Positions 1-11,273 of a stretch of 64,000 bases of DNA are shown piece after piece (position 1 is the stretch's first letter; the number at the start of each line of letters is the position of its first letter). The stretch is from Thermoanaerobaculia bacterium (GTDB lineage Bacteria; Acidobacteriota; Thermoanaerobaculia; Multivoradales; Multivoraceae). The notes under the pieces are model-generated. The model did no database searches, was not told where the DNA came from, and saw only the letters and a program-made list of their open reading frames with translations. Location: assembly GCA_963664405.1 (NCBI GenBank), contig OY761158.1, positions 2,880,001-2,944,000 on the forward strand, read 5' to 3'. The translations under genes and the position numbers were made by a program.

Positions 1-601
1 CACTGCAACAAGATAGCCCTCCACATATTGGCTTCGATTCTCTGTTATCTGATCTTCCTTCACCTCAGCAAGAGCACCTTCCTGAGCCTTGGCGGCGCAC
101 TCTTCTTTGCCCTACATCCCATTCATGCCGAGGTGGTGACCTCGATGACGAGCGCCTATGACCTCAGCGCGGTCTTCTTGCTCGGCTCGGTCTTGCTCTT
201 CTTCTATTTCGATGGCCGGCAGACCCTGCCGCGAGCGCGATGGGAGGCTCGTTTCTGGCTCACTTATCTCGGTTCCCTGGCTCTTGCTCTCCTTGCCTAC
301 TTCAGCTACGAGCTGACCCTCGCTTTACCCTTCTTGCTCGCCTCCTATGTCGTCCTGTTTCCCGGCAGGCCCAGTGGAGACGGGGACGCTGCAGCTAGGA
401 GGGCTCGCTATCTGTTGCTTGTGCCTTACTTTCTTGGCGTCGCCCTCTCTGCCAAGATGCTTGAGACATCTCGCCACCCCTTAAATAGAGTAGGGCGGAG
501 AGGTGAAACCTGATGTCTGAAGAGAGGAAGATGGAAGAGATGAGATCAGCAAGCACGTCCATTGCGGTCCGGGGCGAGGAGGAGGTTTCCCAGCTTCCCC
601 C

Positions 602-1036
602 GTGCGCCCAGCTGGGGTCCACGGAGACGCAGCAGCGGGCGCCATCTGGGCGCGGCCGAGCCCTGTGTTGGATCCTGAGGTGGCCGCCAAGCCAACGCGG
701 CGGACGTTCACGGCCGAGTACAAGCTGCGAATCCTCGAAGAAGTCGATCTGGCCACGCCTGGCGACATCGGCGCGATCCTGCGTCGCGAGGGATTGTACA
801 GCTCACACCTGACGGCCTGGCGCAGGGCACGCAGGACCGGCGCTCTGCGAAGGCTGGGCCGAAAGCGAGGGCGCAAGGCGAAGTCCGGCAATCCGCTGGC
901 CAAGAAGGTCGAGCAACTGGAAAAGGAGCTCTCCCGTACTCGCGAGGCGCTGCGCAAGGCAGAGCTGATCCTCGAAGTGCAGGGAAAAGTTGCCGGGCTG
1001 CTGGGCTTCAACCTCGAGGACGGGAGGAACTCCTGA
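602..1036 (+). CDS. IS3 OrfA (HTH transposase subunit); true start may be downstream
   Basis: RRTFTAEYKLRIL...LRREGLYSSHLTAWR HTH followed by a coiled coil. Confidence 0.85.
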   Translation: MRPAGVHGDAAAGAIWARPSPVLDPEVAAKPTRRTFTAEYKLRILEEVDLATPGDIGAILRREGLYSSHLTAWRRARRTGALRRLGRKRGRKAKSGNPLAKKVEQLEKELSRTREALRKAELILEVQGKVAGLLGFNLEDGRNS

Positions 1037-1050
1037 TCGCCGCCGCCGAG

Positions 1051-2040
1051 TTGGCGTTGCAGGTCGGCGTCAAGCCGTCCTGTATCGCTCTCGGCGTGGC
1101 ACGGGCGACCCTGTACCGTCGTCGGAAGCCAACTACCGGGCCGCAGCCCCGGCCAACACCCGCCCGGGCTCTGAGCGAGGACGAGTGCCAAGCCGTCCTG
1201 GACGTCCTGGACTCGCCTCGTTTCGTCGACCGTGCCCCCGCCGAGGTCGTCGCCACGCTCCTGGACGAGCAACGCTACCTCTGCTCGGAGAGGACCATGT
1301 ACCGCATCCTCGCTGCGCGAGCGCCGGTGCGCGAACGGCGTAACCAGCTTCGCCACCCCGACTACACCAAGCCGGAGCTGGTGGCGGCCGCCCCCAACGA
1401 AGTCTGGTCCTGGGATATCACCCGATTGCGGGGTCCTGAGAAGTGGAGCTACTACTACCTCTACGTCCTGCTCGACATCTTCAGCCGCTACGTCGTCGGC
1501 TGGATGCTCGCGCCCCGCGAGAACGCCAATCTCGCCGGTCGCCTCATCGAGGAGACCTGCTGCAAGCACGACGTCAAACCTGAGGTGCTCACCCTGCACA
1601 GCGATCGGGGCTCCCCGATGACCGCCAAGTGCACGGCTCAGCTGCTCGCCGATCTGGGACTCACTCAGTCGCTCAGCCGGCCCCAGGTCTGTGACGACAA
1701 CCCCTTCTCCGAGGCCCAGTTCAAGACTCTCAAGTACCACCCGAGCTTCCCCTCCCGATTCGCTAGCCAGGAGGCCGCCCAGGCTTTCTGCAGGACCTTC
1801 TTCCCTTGGTACAACACCGAGCACCGCCACGGTGGGATCGCCCACCTGACGCCTCACGGCGTCCACCACGGTCGAGCGGAGCAGGCCCTTGCCGCACGGC
1901 AAGTCACGCTCGATGGCGCCTTCCAAACTCACCCAGAACGCTTCCTCCGAGGGCGACCCATCGTCGCGCCTTTACCTGGAACCGTTTATATCAACCGGCC
2001 TCAGGATCCGCCGGCCTCGACCGAAGAGGACCTTCACTAA
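1051..2040 (+). CDS. IS3 OrfB DDE transposase (rve)
   Basis: WSWDIT, LHSDRGS, DNPFSEAQFKTLK, WYN..H.H motifs. Confidence 0.92.
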   Translation: MALQVGVKPSCIALGVARATLYRRRKPTTGPQPRPTPARALSEDECQAVLDVLDSPRFVDRAPAEVVATLLDEQRYLCSERTMYRILAARAPVRERRNQLRHPDYTKPELVAAAPNEVWSWDITRLRGPEKWSYYYLYVLLDIFSRYVVGWMLAPRENANLAGRLIEETCCKHDVKPEVLTLHSDRGSPMTAKCTAQLLADLGLTQSLSRPQVCDDNPFSEAQFKTLKYHPSFPSRFASQEAAQAFCRTFFPWYNTEHRHGGIAHLTPHGVHHGRAEQALAARQVTLDGAFQTHPERFLRGRPIVAPLPGTVYINRPQDPPASTEEDLH

Positions 2041-3107
2041 TTTATGACTCGAGGTGTCTCAAAGTTCTTGACAGGTTCCGTCGGGCTCTATCTCGGCGTT
2101 CGATACAGCCTCGAGTCGGTAGGAGTACGGGGCGGTTACGTTTCGGACTCTCCCTATCTGACCGTTCTCGCAAGTCTGCGGGCGCTCTATCGCTACGTCC
2201 GGCTACATCTTGTTCCCTTTCGGCTGAATGTGAATCCTGACTTAGGAGGTGGTCTGTATGCCGCGCATGAGGACATCCTGGAGAGCGCGGTAGCAAGTCT
2301 CTCGCTAGGAAACGGAAGAGTCCTGATTACACTCGGCCTACTCTGCGGAGTGGCTTACGTCTTGCGGAGGAGCTACAAGCGCGAACCGCTTTTTGCCTAT
2401 ATGACGCTGTGGTTTTTCGTTGCGCTCTTACCGGTCTCGAATTTCGTGCCCGGACCTTTGCTATTTGCCGAGAGATACGCCTACGTGGCTACACTCGGTT
2501 TTTCTTTTGTCCTTTGCTTGGCCATTCAAAGGGCTTGCGATCGATGGAGTCTGGGCCGGACTTTCAGTTGCAGCCTGGTAGTGGTCGTGTGTCTCTGCTA
2601 TACCGCGATAGTCCGCAATAGGAACACCCATTGGAAAGATCCGATCGCACTTTGGGAGGAGACAGTGCAGCGCTCAGCGGGAAGCTCTTTGGTACTGAAC
2701 AATCTGGCGCTCGCGTACTGGGAAGTCGGAAGGACTGACGAGGCTCTGGCCGTACTGAGGAGAGTGATCAGCGTGAATCCCGCATACGAGAGGGCCTACA
2801 ACAACTACGGGATGATCCTGGCCGACCGAGAAGAGTATCGTGAGGGTCTCCTTTTCTTCCTCAAAGCTACTGAGCTGAATCCGTCCTATGGTGACGCATA
2901 CTTGAATCTTGGTACGGCCCATCTGGCACTGGGCTTGTCCGAGGAGGCGGTGCCATTCTTGGAGCGTGCGGGTGAGCTGTTGCACCCGGAGGCAGGTGTC
3001 GACCGGCTCCTCGAGATGGCCCGTAGCGGGAGTGACGGAGGCGTTTGAGACCGCGATCCTAAAGATCGCGCCTCTTCTCAGCTGTCGAAGACCTGCTTGC
3101 CCATCAC

Positions 3108-5492
3108 CTAGGCGCAAGCGCTCACCATCAGGTAGGCGCTTGCTGCGATAAAGAAGTTGGTCTGGATGCCCAGCGCCATCGAGACCAGCACGGCGAGGAT
3201 CGAGGCGAGCACGCCGAAAGCACCGTTAATACCCCACATCCATGGCGCCGCGTCGCTCGCCATCGCCGTGGTGAGGCGCAGACCGATGGGAAAACAGAAA
3301 CCAAGGAGCAGCGAGACGGGCGCGGTCAGCGCTGTCACAGTTGCAACGCGCCCCGCGAGCTGCCAGCCGATGGTGGCATCGAGAACCGGCCCGATCAGCG
3401 CGGAGAGGGTGAGGATGGCGACGGCGATGGCGAGAGGCATTCGTCGATGCCAAGCGTTGCCGCGAAGAGTGAGGCGGTCCGAGATTGCGCTGCCGATTCC
3501 CGCGCACAGGATCATTGTCAGCAGGATCACGCTGTAGGCGTGGACCGGGTGGCCGAGATAGACCGCGAGGCGTTGTAGTAGGGCGATCTGAAGAGTCATG
3601 AATCCGTAGCCGATGCCCGCGAAGTAGCCGAAGGAGATAGCTGCTGCCGAGACCGAGAGTCGAGGCAGGGCACGAATTGCCAATGGCACGAAGATGATGC
3701 AGAGCACCAGCACAGTCGCAATCCCTAGCAGAAGAATGAGGGTCGCGGTGGCCCGCAAGTTGCCCCAGACTACGCCCGCCCCCCGCTCCGGGCCCACAGC
3801 TCACGCTTCAGGTGGAAGCGACCCAACTTGAGCATATTGAAGAAGTAAGGCCGCTCGTCTGTTGGCGCGGTGAAATCCAGGTCTTTGTCAAAGGTGGCTC
3901 GGCTCAGCTCGTCGTCGCTTCTTCTGGAGACGATCGCTTCGAGGCGAGCGTCCGGGATGGGATGTCCCGGTACGATGAGAGGCTTGAACTCATAACGTTG
4001 GATCGCGTCATCGATTCTCTCGAGGTCGTCTGCCGAGAAAGGCGATGGAGACATGAGCAAGGTCGCTACCTTCCCGCTCATCACCATCAAAATGTTCTCT
4101 TGGGGGTTTTCGACGCCCGCATCCAACAGGGTCGCGACGCAGAGTGAGAGCAGTCGGCTGGTCTCCGATGCGTTGGCCGGCGAGAAGCAGCGCGAGGTGC
4201 TGAGAACCCCGTGTGGCTTGAGTCGGGCGAGGAAGACCCTCCAGGCCTCGAGGGTATAGAGTGCATTTTCGCTCAGCGCGTAGGCACCTGCTCCGGTCGC
4301 CGCCCAGGTGTCGACTAGAGACATCTGGAGCACATCGAAGCGCTGGTCGCTGCGAGTGAGGTACGAGCGCGCCTCGTCGTGAACGAGACGGACTTCTTCT
4401 CGCTCTGCAATCCGCGTGTAATCGCGGTGGCTCTCTCTCAACACATCGATGAAGATGCGGTTGAGCTCGATGGCAGTGACCGAAGTGGCGCCGACCCAGA
4501 TCGCCGAGAGAATGTCGCGGCCGCCACCCGCTCCGATGATGCCGACGTCCCCTGAGCGTAGTTGGTAGGGCAGGGCCGTGACGTCGTATTGCACCCAGTG
4601 GAGGCTTTCCGGGTTTCCGTCCCACTGCGTGAGCGGCGTACCGGCCTCACCGTCGATGTTCATGAAGACCATGTCAACGGTGAGATCTGAGGGGTAACGA
4701 CCCGGGCCCCAGTAAAGGGGTGTCAGGTTCGTCGCGGGGCGACTAATGAGCACATAGGAATGGCTGTTCCACACCGCGCTCTCCACTTGATCTGTGTCGA
4801 TGGGAACTCCCCTGGTATAGGCGACCTCGATAGGGCGATCGAGCGAGAGGTGTCCGAGTGTCGTGATCGCCAACAGGCCAACGGTTGCGGGAGCCGCCCA
4901 CCGCCAACGACTTGGGCCCGCGAACCGTGCCAAAGCAACACCTCCCGCGGCGGCCAGCGTGCCGGCGACAAGCAGTGCCGACATCATGTCGAGCACTCGG
5001 AGCAGTGGGACCAGGAGGGCGCAGCCTGTAGCGGCGCCGACCAGGTCGGCAGCGTAGAGCCTGCCGATCGATCCGCCGAGTCGGGTGAGCGCGATCGTTA
5101 TGACCGCGCCGGATTGCAGGAAGGGGATCGTCACTAGAACGGTGGTGATGATAAGAGGCCGGATCTCAGCATCGAGAGCTCGACCAGCGGTGGGATCTCG
5201 AGCCGCATCAGATAGAGATGGGTCAGCGGGATCGCCACCGCGAAAGCACAGGAAGGTGCCACGCCGCGTGTCTTGCGGATTCGCCGGCCAAGCGAGATCC
5301 AGCTAGAAAGACGAGCACCGCCCCACCAGCGCCTCCGAGCATGGCGAGAGAGAGCGCCAAGAAGGAGAGGTGGTACCAGGTCAGGACGGAGAGCAGACGG
5401 GCATCGAGGAGCTCGAGGAGCAGCGTCGACAGCGTCGTCAGGAAAAGCCCGAGTCCGAGCCAGCGCCCTTCGATGGATCGGGGTTCCGTCAC
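3108..5492 (-). pseudogene. Spermidine-synthase-like SAM-dependent membrane protein, split into at least three frames
   Basis: Fragments 5223-5492 (TM helices), 3770-5134 (IIGAGGGRD SAM motif, DEARSYL, ENALYTLEA) and 3108-3797 (TMs, WMWGINGAFGV). Confidence 0.75.
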
Positions 5493-5517
5493 TGTCAATC
5501 GCTCGAGAGAGGAGCTC

Positions 5518-6495
5518 CTACGCCGCTGTGAGAGCCGACAACTTGTCGCGGACGATGGCTTCAGCCTCCGACATGATCCGGTCAATCAGCTCTTTGCAAG
5601 TGGGGATGTCGTGAATCAAGCCGGCCACCATGCCGCAGGAGTAGGCACCTGCGTCCATCTCGCCGTCGATGAACACACGGGGGTAGACACCCGAGACGTT
5701 TTCCATGATGTCCTCGAACTTGAGGTCGGTGCCGAGCCTCCTCTCCTTTTCGAGCAGAGCTTCGACTCCTGCGTTGGTGAGGACCCGCTCGGTGTTGCGC
5801 AGGGGCCGCATGATGAGTCGAGTGTCGAGCTCGGACGCCGCGACTAGTGTTTGCTTTACATTCTCATGCACCGGAGCTTCCTTGGTGGCGATGAAGCGAG
5901 TGCCCATATTCATCCCTTCAGCTCCCAGGGCCATGGCGGCAACCAGGGATCGGCCGTCTGCCATTCCGCCCGACGCGACGAAGGGGATGTCCAGCTCGTC
6001 GGCAGCACGCGGGAGAAGGATGAAGTTGGGAATGTCGTCTTCGCCCGGGTGGCCGCCGCATTCGAAGCCGTCGACCGAGACGGCGTCACAGCCGATGGCC
6101 TGCGCTTTCAAGGAGTGGCGCACCGCGGTGCATTTGTGGATGATCTTGATTCCAGCTTCCTTTAGGGGCGGCAGGAGTCTGGCCGGGTTGTTGCCCGCGG
6201 TCTCGACGATCTTCACGCCGCTGGCGATGATGGCGTCGACGAGCCCCGGATAGTCGGGCGGCGTCACTGCCGGCAGGAGCGTCAGATTGACTCCAATGGG
6301 CTTATCGGTCATGCCCTTACAGCGTTCGATCTCGTTGGCGAGCTTTTCGGGTGTTCCCTGGGTGAGGCCGGTGATGATGCCTAGACCTCCAGCGTTGGAG
6401 ACGGCTGCCGCCATCTCCGCCAATCCCACCTGATGCATTCCGCCCTGGATGATGGGATGCTCGATGCCAAAGAGCTCGGTGATTCGCGTTTTCAT
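5518..6495 (-). CDS. Nitronate monooxygenase family flavin oxidoreductase
   Basis: IEHPIIQGGM, ECGGHPG, ASGGMADGR, MGTRF. Confidence 0.92.
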   Translation of the reverse strand: MKTRITELFGIEHPIIQGGMHQVGLAEMAAAVSNAGGLGIITGLTQGTPEKLANEIERCKGMTDKPIGVNLTLLPAVTPPDYPGLVDAIIASGVKIVETAGNNPARLLPPLKEAGIKIIHKCTAVRHSLKAQAIGCDAVSVDGFECGGHPGEDDIPNFILLPRAADELDIPFVASGGMADGRSLVAAMALGAEGMNMGTRFIATKEAPVHENVKQTLVAASELDTRLIMRPLRNTERVLTNAGVEALLEKERRLGTDLKFEDIMENVSGVYPRVFIDGEMDAGAYSCGMVAGLIHDIPTCKELIDRIMSEAEAIVRDKLSALTAA

Positions 6496-7199
6496 CTATT
6501 GCTCTCCCGGTGTGTTCCGAAGTTCGATCTCGCCATGCTAACCCGGAAGCCTCCTGCGGCCCAGTAGTGGGGTTCGGAACGAGATTCGATGCAGGGCTGG
6601 AGGTTCTGGCGAAGGGCCGAAACGATACCCGCGGCCGGAGAACAAGAAAGAGTTCTTCAAGGCGGTGGATGGTCCCCGCTGAATGCGTGAATCGTGGTAC
6701 TGCTTTCTCGACGAGCCCACTACGGGCCTCGACCCCCAAGCGAAACACAATCTCTGGGCTCTAGAGCCCCCAAGCACCGAGGGATGAGACCACTTCATAG
6801 GCCCCGGAATCAATGCGGTGTCGTAGTTCTGGGTGAGGTGCGACAGCACAGATCGAGCTCTGAGCCGCTGATCCCACGGGCGACGGGTATGATGTCGCCA
6901 GGTCAATGGCTCAAGAAGCTGGCACTCGCCTCGGCCACTACGGCCATTGCGCCAACGCGGCCCGGGCGAAGCGCAGGAGGTCTGCGGGGTGCGACTGGTC
7001 GAGGACCCGGACCCGGAGGTGGGTTCCAGAGAGTCGATCGGCGAGCGATTGAGCGATTCACAGCGAGCCCTCCGATCCGAGGTGCTCTCCCGCGAGGTGA
7101 CCACCCGAATGTTGAAACCAGCGGTGTGCGTAAGGGAGGCCGCATGTGTAGCAGAATTTCTTCTATTTTGCTTAGTTAGCTGTCTAATTTAGAGTAATA

Positions 7200-8357
7200 T
7201 TGCCAGGTATGTACTCACGATTGCTGGCTACGCCCCGTCAATCGATCTTTCTGTTCGGGCCGCGAGGTACTGGGAAGTCGACGTGGATTCGCGATCGGTT
7301 TCCGGATGCTACGACCTACGATCTGCTGGACACTGGGGAGGCCCTTCGCCTGACCAGAGACCCAGGTTCAGTCTATCGAGAGCTTTCCCACTTGCCGCCG
7401 GAGAGCTGGGTGGTCGTCGATGAGGTTCAGAAAGTTCCGGCACTTCTCGACGAGGTGCATCGCCTGATCGAGGGGCATCGGCTCAGGTTCGTTCTGTCGG
7501 GCTCCAGCGCGCGCAAGATCCGTCGCGGCGGTGCGAACCTTCTGGCCGGCCGAGCCATTACAACGTCTCTCTTTGCGTTGGTCTCTGCAGAAAGGGACTT
7601 CGAGCTGGATATAGATCTCGCTCTTCGCTACGGCTCGCTGCCCATGGCGGTGACCACCGATGATCCCGCGGGCTACCTCAGAACCTATGTGGAGACCTAT
7701 CTTGATCAGGAGATCCGGGCGGAAGCGTTGACCCGGAACCTCGGCGCGTTCTCTCGCTTCCTTGAAATCGCCGCACGCCAGAACGGGCAGGTCACAAACG
7801 CCTCAGGAATCAGTCGCGATGCCGGCGTCAGCCGGAGCACGGTGCAGAGCCACTTCGAGATCTTGGTGGATACCTTGATCGGTTCCTGGTTGCCGGCTTG
7901 GAAGCTCAAATCGGCCACCAAACAGGTGCAGCAGAGTAAGTTCTTCTTTTTCGACCCTGGCGTGGCGCGGGCCCTGACGGGTCGGCAGGCGTATCCACCC
8001 ACCCCGGAGGAGTTGGGACCCTTGCTCGAGACGCTGGTGCTGCATGAGCTCCGGGCTTTTCTGAGCTACACGCGCCGCGCCTATCCCGTGTATTTCTGGC
8101 GCACCTACGACGGTGCAGAGGTCGATCTCTTGCTAGAAACGATCGACGGTTTCGTGGCGATCGAGGTCAAATCGAGCACTCGTTGGGAGAAACGCTTCAA
8201 TCGCGGATTGCGGCGGTTACGAAGCGAGCTCGGGGACACCCGCACGATCTGTTTCGGCGTCTATCTCGGCGAACGGGTCGCGCTTTGGGACGACGTCAGA
8301 GTGATGCCGGTGCTCGACTTCCTTGAGCAGCTCTGGGACGAGGAGATCGTGCGGTGA
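7200..8357 (+). CDS. AAA+ ATPase with C-terminal DUF4143 / PD-(D/E)xK-like domain
   Basis: Walker A GPRGTGKS, Walker B VVVDEVQK, SGSS, EVDLL...AIEVKS. Confidence 0.88.
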   Translation: MPGMYSRLLATPRQSIFLFGPRGTGKSTWIRDRFPDATTYDLLDTGEALRLTRDPGSVYRELSHLPPESWVVVDEVQKVPALLDEVHRLIEGHRLRFVLSGSSARKIRRGGANLLAGRAITTSLFALVSAERDFELDIDLALRYGSLPMAVTTDDPAGYLRTYVETYLDQEIRAEALTRNLGAFSRFLEIAARQNGQVTNASGISRDAGVSRSTVQSHFEILVDTLIGSWLPAWKLKSATKQVQQSKFFFFDPGVARALTGRQAYPPTPEELGPLLETLVLHELRAFLSYTRRAYPVYFWRTYDGAEVDLLLETIDGFVAIEVKSSTRWEKRFNRGLRRLRSELGDTRTICFGVYLGERVALWDDVRVMPVLDFLEQLWDEEIVR

Positions 8358-8868
8358 ACGAAGTGGAGTCGGCGCAATTGAGCTGCCAAAGCTCCTCCGG
8401 GCAGGAGGAGCTTCGACAACGAGGTCCCAATGCTCCGCCAACTCTTTGAAATATTCGGCGCCGCAGATACCGGCGAAGAGTCGCCCAGCATGAGCTGGTG
8501 CGCTTGGCCATCCCGCGCCGCACATATACCCAGAGCCAGATGGACTACCTCATCGAGGTCATCCTGTTCTGGGCTGGTCGCCAAGGCGTAGCTGGCGTCG
8601 CGATCACGAGCGCTCCCGATGTGCTGCGCCATTTCAGCGCTCACTTCCGAGGGGTCTGAGGTGCGGCCAGTGAAGCCGTGCTGGCGATTCTGTTCAAGGA
8701 GCCTCAGCGAAATAACGGTCTCCTCGAGGAGGCCGTGGCTGCGGAGGACTCCGGCGAAAGTTCCTGCCGAGCCGAGCGTCGAGTAGATCGCTGTCACGGC
8801 GGCCAGCGTCCAGACCCAGAGTCGTCGCTCGCGGGTAGAAGCGAAGAGCGGTCCGGCCAAGCGTTCTC

Positions 8869-10554
8869 CTAGCGGGCGATCAGCATCGTCACGCGTTGCG
8901 GCTCGGTCCCCGGAGGCTGCTTCGGGGCCCCGTGGGCGTTGCGGGAGGTGAAGGGTTGGTGCATGAGGATGTCCTGCCTTCCGTCCTTGTTGAGATCCAC
9001 GAGCCAGGTGTACTCCTCGTCGTGCAGCGCGACCTTCACCTTCGTGGGCTGCTCGGCGAAGAGGCTACTCTCCGGCACACCGGCGAAGACGTGAAGCTCG
9101 GTGAATTCCGCTTCGAGCAACAGGTCGGAGCGGCCGTCTCCGGTCACGTCGCCGATGAGGAGAGTTCGGTTGAAGGCGCGCGGCCAGGTACCCTGCTGGG
9201 TGCGGTGCTGGTGCGCTCGGCCGCGAAGGACGATGTCCAAGGGCACCCAGCCCGGCTCTCGATGACTGGGTGCGCCGTCCAGGGCGATCCTGCGTACGGC
9301 ATCGGGTTGGTCGCCTAGGATGCCTGTTCCGAGGTCGTAGAGCTCGAGACTCAACCAGACGTCGTCGCCCATCGCGCCCTTGATCTGCTTCCAGAGGCTG
9401 CGTTCCAGATATCTGGGTTGGATAGCGGTGAACATCAGTGCAACGTGATCGCCGCCGAGTCGGTGTCGGTCCATCGTGAACTGGATACGCCCCTCCGCTC
9501 GAGCCTCGGCGCCGACCTCGCCCGAGAATGCGGTTCCACCGTCGGGCGCGGGTTCGCCGAAGTGCACCTGCCAGGCCGAACGCTTTTTGGATGGGCGCCG
9601 CCCGTCGAGCGAGAAGATCACCATGTCAGCCGTGCCGTCGCCATTCACGTCGGCGAGCGAGTGCAGCACTCTCCCAGCCATGTCTCCGGTCGCGAGCGAG
9701 AAGACGTCGTCGGAGTCGAAGGGCACCTCGGTCGTGAGGGTCTCGGCCTCTGGGAAGAACGTCCCGCCCTCCTCCTGGAAGTGAACTTCGAAGTGGTCCT
9801 CGCTCCAGAACGCCAGATCGCGCCGACCGTCTCGGTCGAGGTCCACTTCGTGGATGCGGCTCACGCTCCACGGGTCGTACCGGTAGCCGTCGGCTCCAAG
9901 GATCCCGCTCAAGTCCGTCGGTGCACCGAGCTGCAGCGCATCGGCGAACCTGCCGCCCGCCGTTTGAACGAACACCCGGAAGCCTCTCTTATCGGGCACT
10001 ACGAGATCGTCGCGGCCGTCGCCGTTCACGTCACGCGTCAGATCCACGTGCGGGACTTCGTCATCCCGCGGCGGTGCGAAGCTCGAGGCCACGTCTACGA
10101 GGTCGCGCGGCCTTCCCGATCGGAGATCCAGCCAGCTCAGGCGACCCAGCGGGAGCTCCGAGGAGGAGGGGCCTTCGTAGGTGAGGATACGGTCGCGTCC
10201 GGCGATGTTGGCGACGTCGACAAAGAGCACCTGGGGGCGAAGAGCTAGGTCGTGGCTCCGGACCCACGCGCCGTCCCGAAAGCCGTATACGTGTAGGTGA
10301 CGATCGCCGCTGTCGTCGGCGCTCACGACGGCCAGTTCCGCGACGGGACCCCCGAGCAGGAAGCCGGTCATGACCGTCTGGCGTTTCGCGGCGCCGAGGG
10401 TGACCTCGTAGCGGTCGAAGCGGGCTTCTACTTGCTGTGCGCGGGCCGGCATGGTCCACCCGAAGAACGCGAGTCCCACGAGCGCTAGTCGGGTGGCCGA
10501 GGAACGCGGTATGAGCTGCCTCGAAATCGCTGCTTCGGTCGCTGGCGTCTGCAT
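8869..10554 (-). CDS. Secreted FG-GAP/VCBS repeat protein
   Basis: Signal peptide; repeated DVNGDGRDDL, DLDRDGRRDL, DVTGDGRSDL, DLNKDGRQDI. Confidence 0.85.
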   Translation of the reverse strand: MQTPATEAAISRQLIPRSSATRLALVGLAFFGWTMPARAQQVEARFDRYEVTLGAAKRQTVMTGFLLGGPVAELAVVSADDSGDRHLHVYGFRDGAWVRSHDLALRPQVLFVDVANIAGRDRILTYEGPSSSELPLGRLSWLDLRSGRPRDLVDVASSFAPPRDDEVPHVDLTRDVNGDGRDDLVVPDKRGFRVFVQTAGGRFADALQLGAPTDLSGILGADGYRYDPWSVSRIHEVDLDRDGRRDLAFWSEDHFEVHFQEEGGTFFPEAETLTTEVPFDSDDVFSLATGDMAGRVLHSLADVNGDGTADMVIFSLDGRRPSKKRSAWQVHFGEPAPDGGTAFSGEVGAEARAEGRIQFTMDRHRLGGDHVALMFTAIQPRYLERSLWKQIKGAMGDDVWLSLELYDLGTGILGDQPDAVRRIALDGAPSHREPGWVPLDIVLRGRAHQHRTQQGTWPRAFNRTLLIGDVTGDGRSDLLLEAEFTELHVFAGVPESSLFAEQPTKVKVALHDEEYTWLVDLNKDGRQDILMHQPFTSRNAHGAPKQPPGTEPQRVTMLIAR

Positions 10555-11273
10555 CGTCTCCCGCTCTTAGGCGCCCTCGGTACTTGTAATGGGCTCTGAG
10601 GGTTGTGGCCAGAGCGAGGTACGTGCCACCGATCCGCGAGGCCAGAACCGTCGTTATCGATTGCTGCGCCGGCAATCTGGCAGGGGCAGGTCGACTGCAT
10701 GAGGATTCGTCTATACATGTGGTGATCGATCTTGTACGTCAGATGTACATGTTCGATCTCGGTACCCATGAGGGGCGTCGCGACGCCACCTTTTCAATAT
10801 TCGGCTGGCAGTGCGACACGAAGGAGGAATCTGATGACCTGATCGAAAGACAGAGATAGGAGACCTCTGGGTCTCGAAGGCCGGCGGGTGAGAGTCCCGC
10901 CCGGGGAGTTGTCGGTACACCCCGGTAGCCGCCGGAGCAGTCGATGCGGGTGACCGTCCGGCTGAAGCCTCCGGAAGATCTGGATTAAGTCCAGAGGGCA
11001 AAGGTGCAGGCCGCAACGTGAGTGAACCCTGAGAAGGCCCCGAAAGTTACTCGCTGGAGCCGACCCTCCTGCCATAAGGGGAAGGCCGCCGCTCGGCGGA
11101 GGAGCAACCGACCGTTGAATCCGTCGAATCCAGCCGGGGTAGTGGGGGTGGCATGTACCGAAGGTCTTTGAGGCAACGTGTGAGACCCAGATCGGTGGCG
11201 GGTTGCGACCGCCAACCGGGAAGGCGTAAAAGGTCGTTCTCGGGCCGGTGTGGGAGTCGGAGGGGCTCGAAGT

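Larger units (their letters stand above)
443..2080 (+). mobile_element. IS3-type insertion sequence (orfA + orfB)
   Basis: Imperfect IRs tgccaagatgcttgagacatctc (450-472) and gaggtgtctcaaagttcttgaca (2051-2073); flanking duplication tcg, or up to cgtcg (438-442 / 2079-2083). Confidence 0.88.
1..3048 (+). pseudogene. TMTC-like (GT-C fold) multi-TM glycosyltransferase with C-terminal TPRs, interrupted by an IS; 5' end outside the window
   Basis: N-half has FFALHPIHAEVV; C-half has AERYAY, RN..W.D...LW and TPRs (NNLA, YNNYG, YLNLG). Removing 443-2083 (1641 bp) restores in-frame ...VPYFLGVGLYLGVR... Confidence 0.85.

Noticed and set aside
481-1932. 483-aa minus-strand ORF and similar long antisense ORFs (37280-38458, 45416-46708, 52742-53926)
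   Set aside because: Shadow frames of real high-GC genes on the opposite strand, with no recognisable motifs
7200-8357. AAA-DUF4143 gene as a novel defence system
   Set aside because: A common stand-alone family with no partner genes here
8261-8860. 199-aa ORF downstream of the FG-GAP gene
   Set aside because: Looks like a chimera of a membrane-protein N-terminus and unrelated sequence; no product can be assigned
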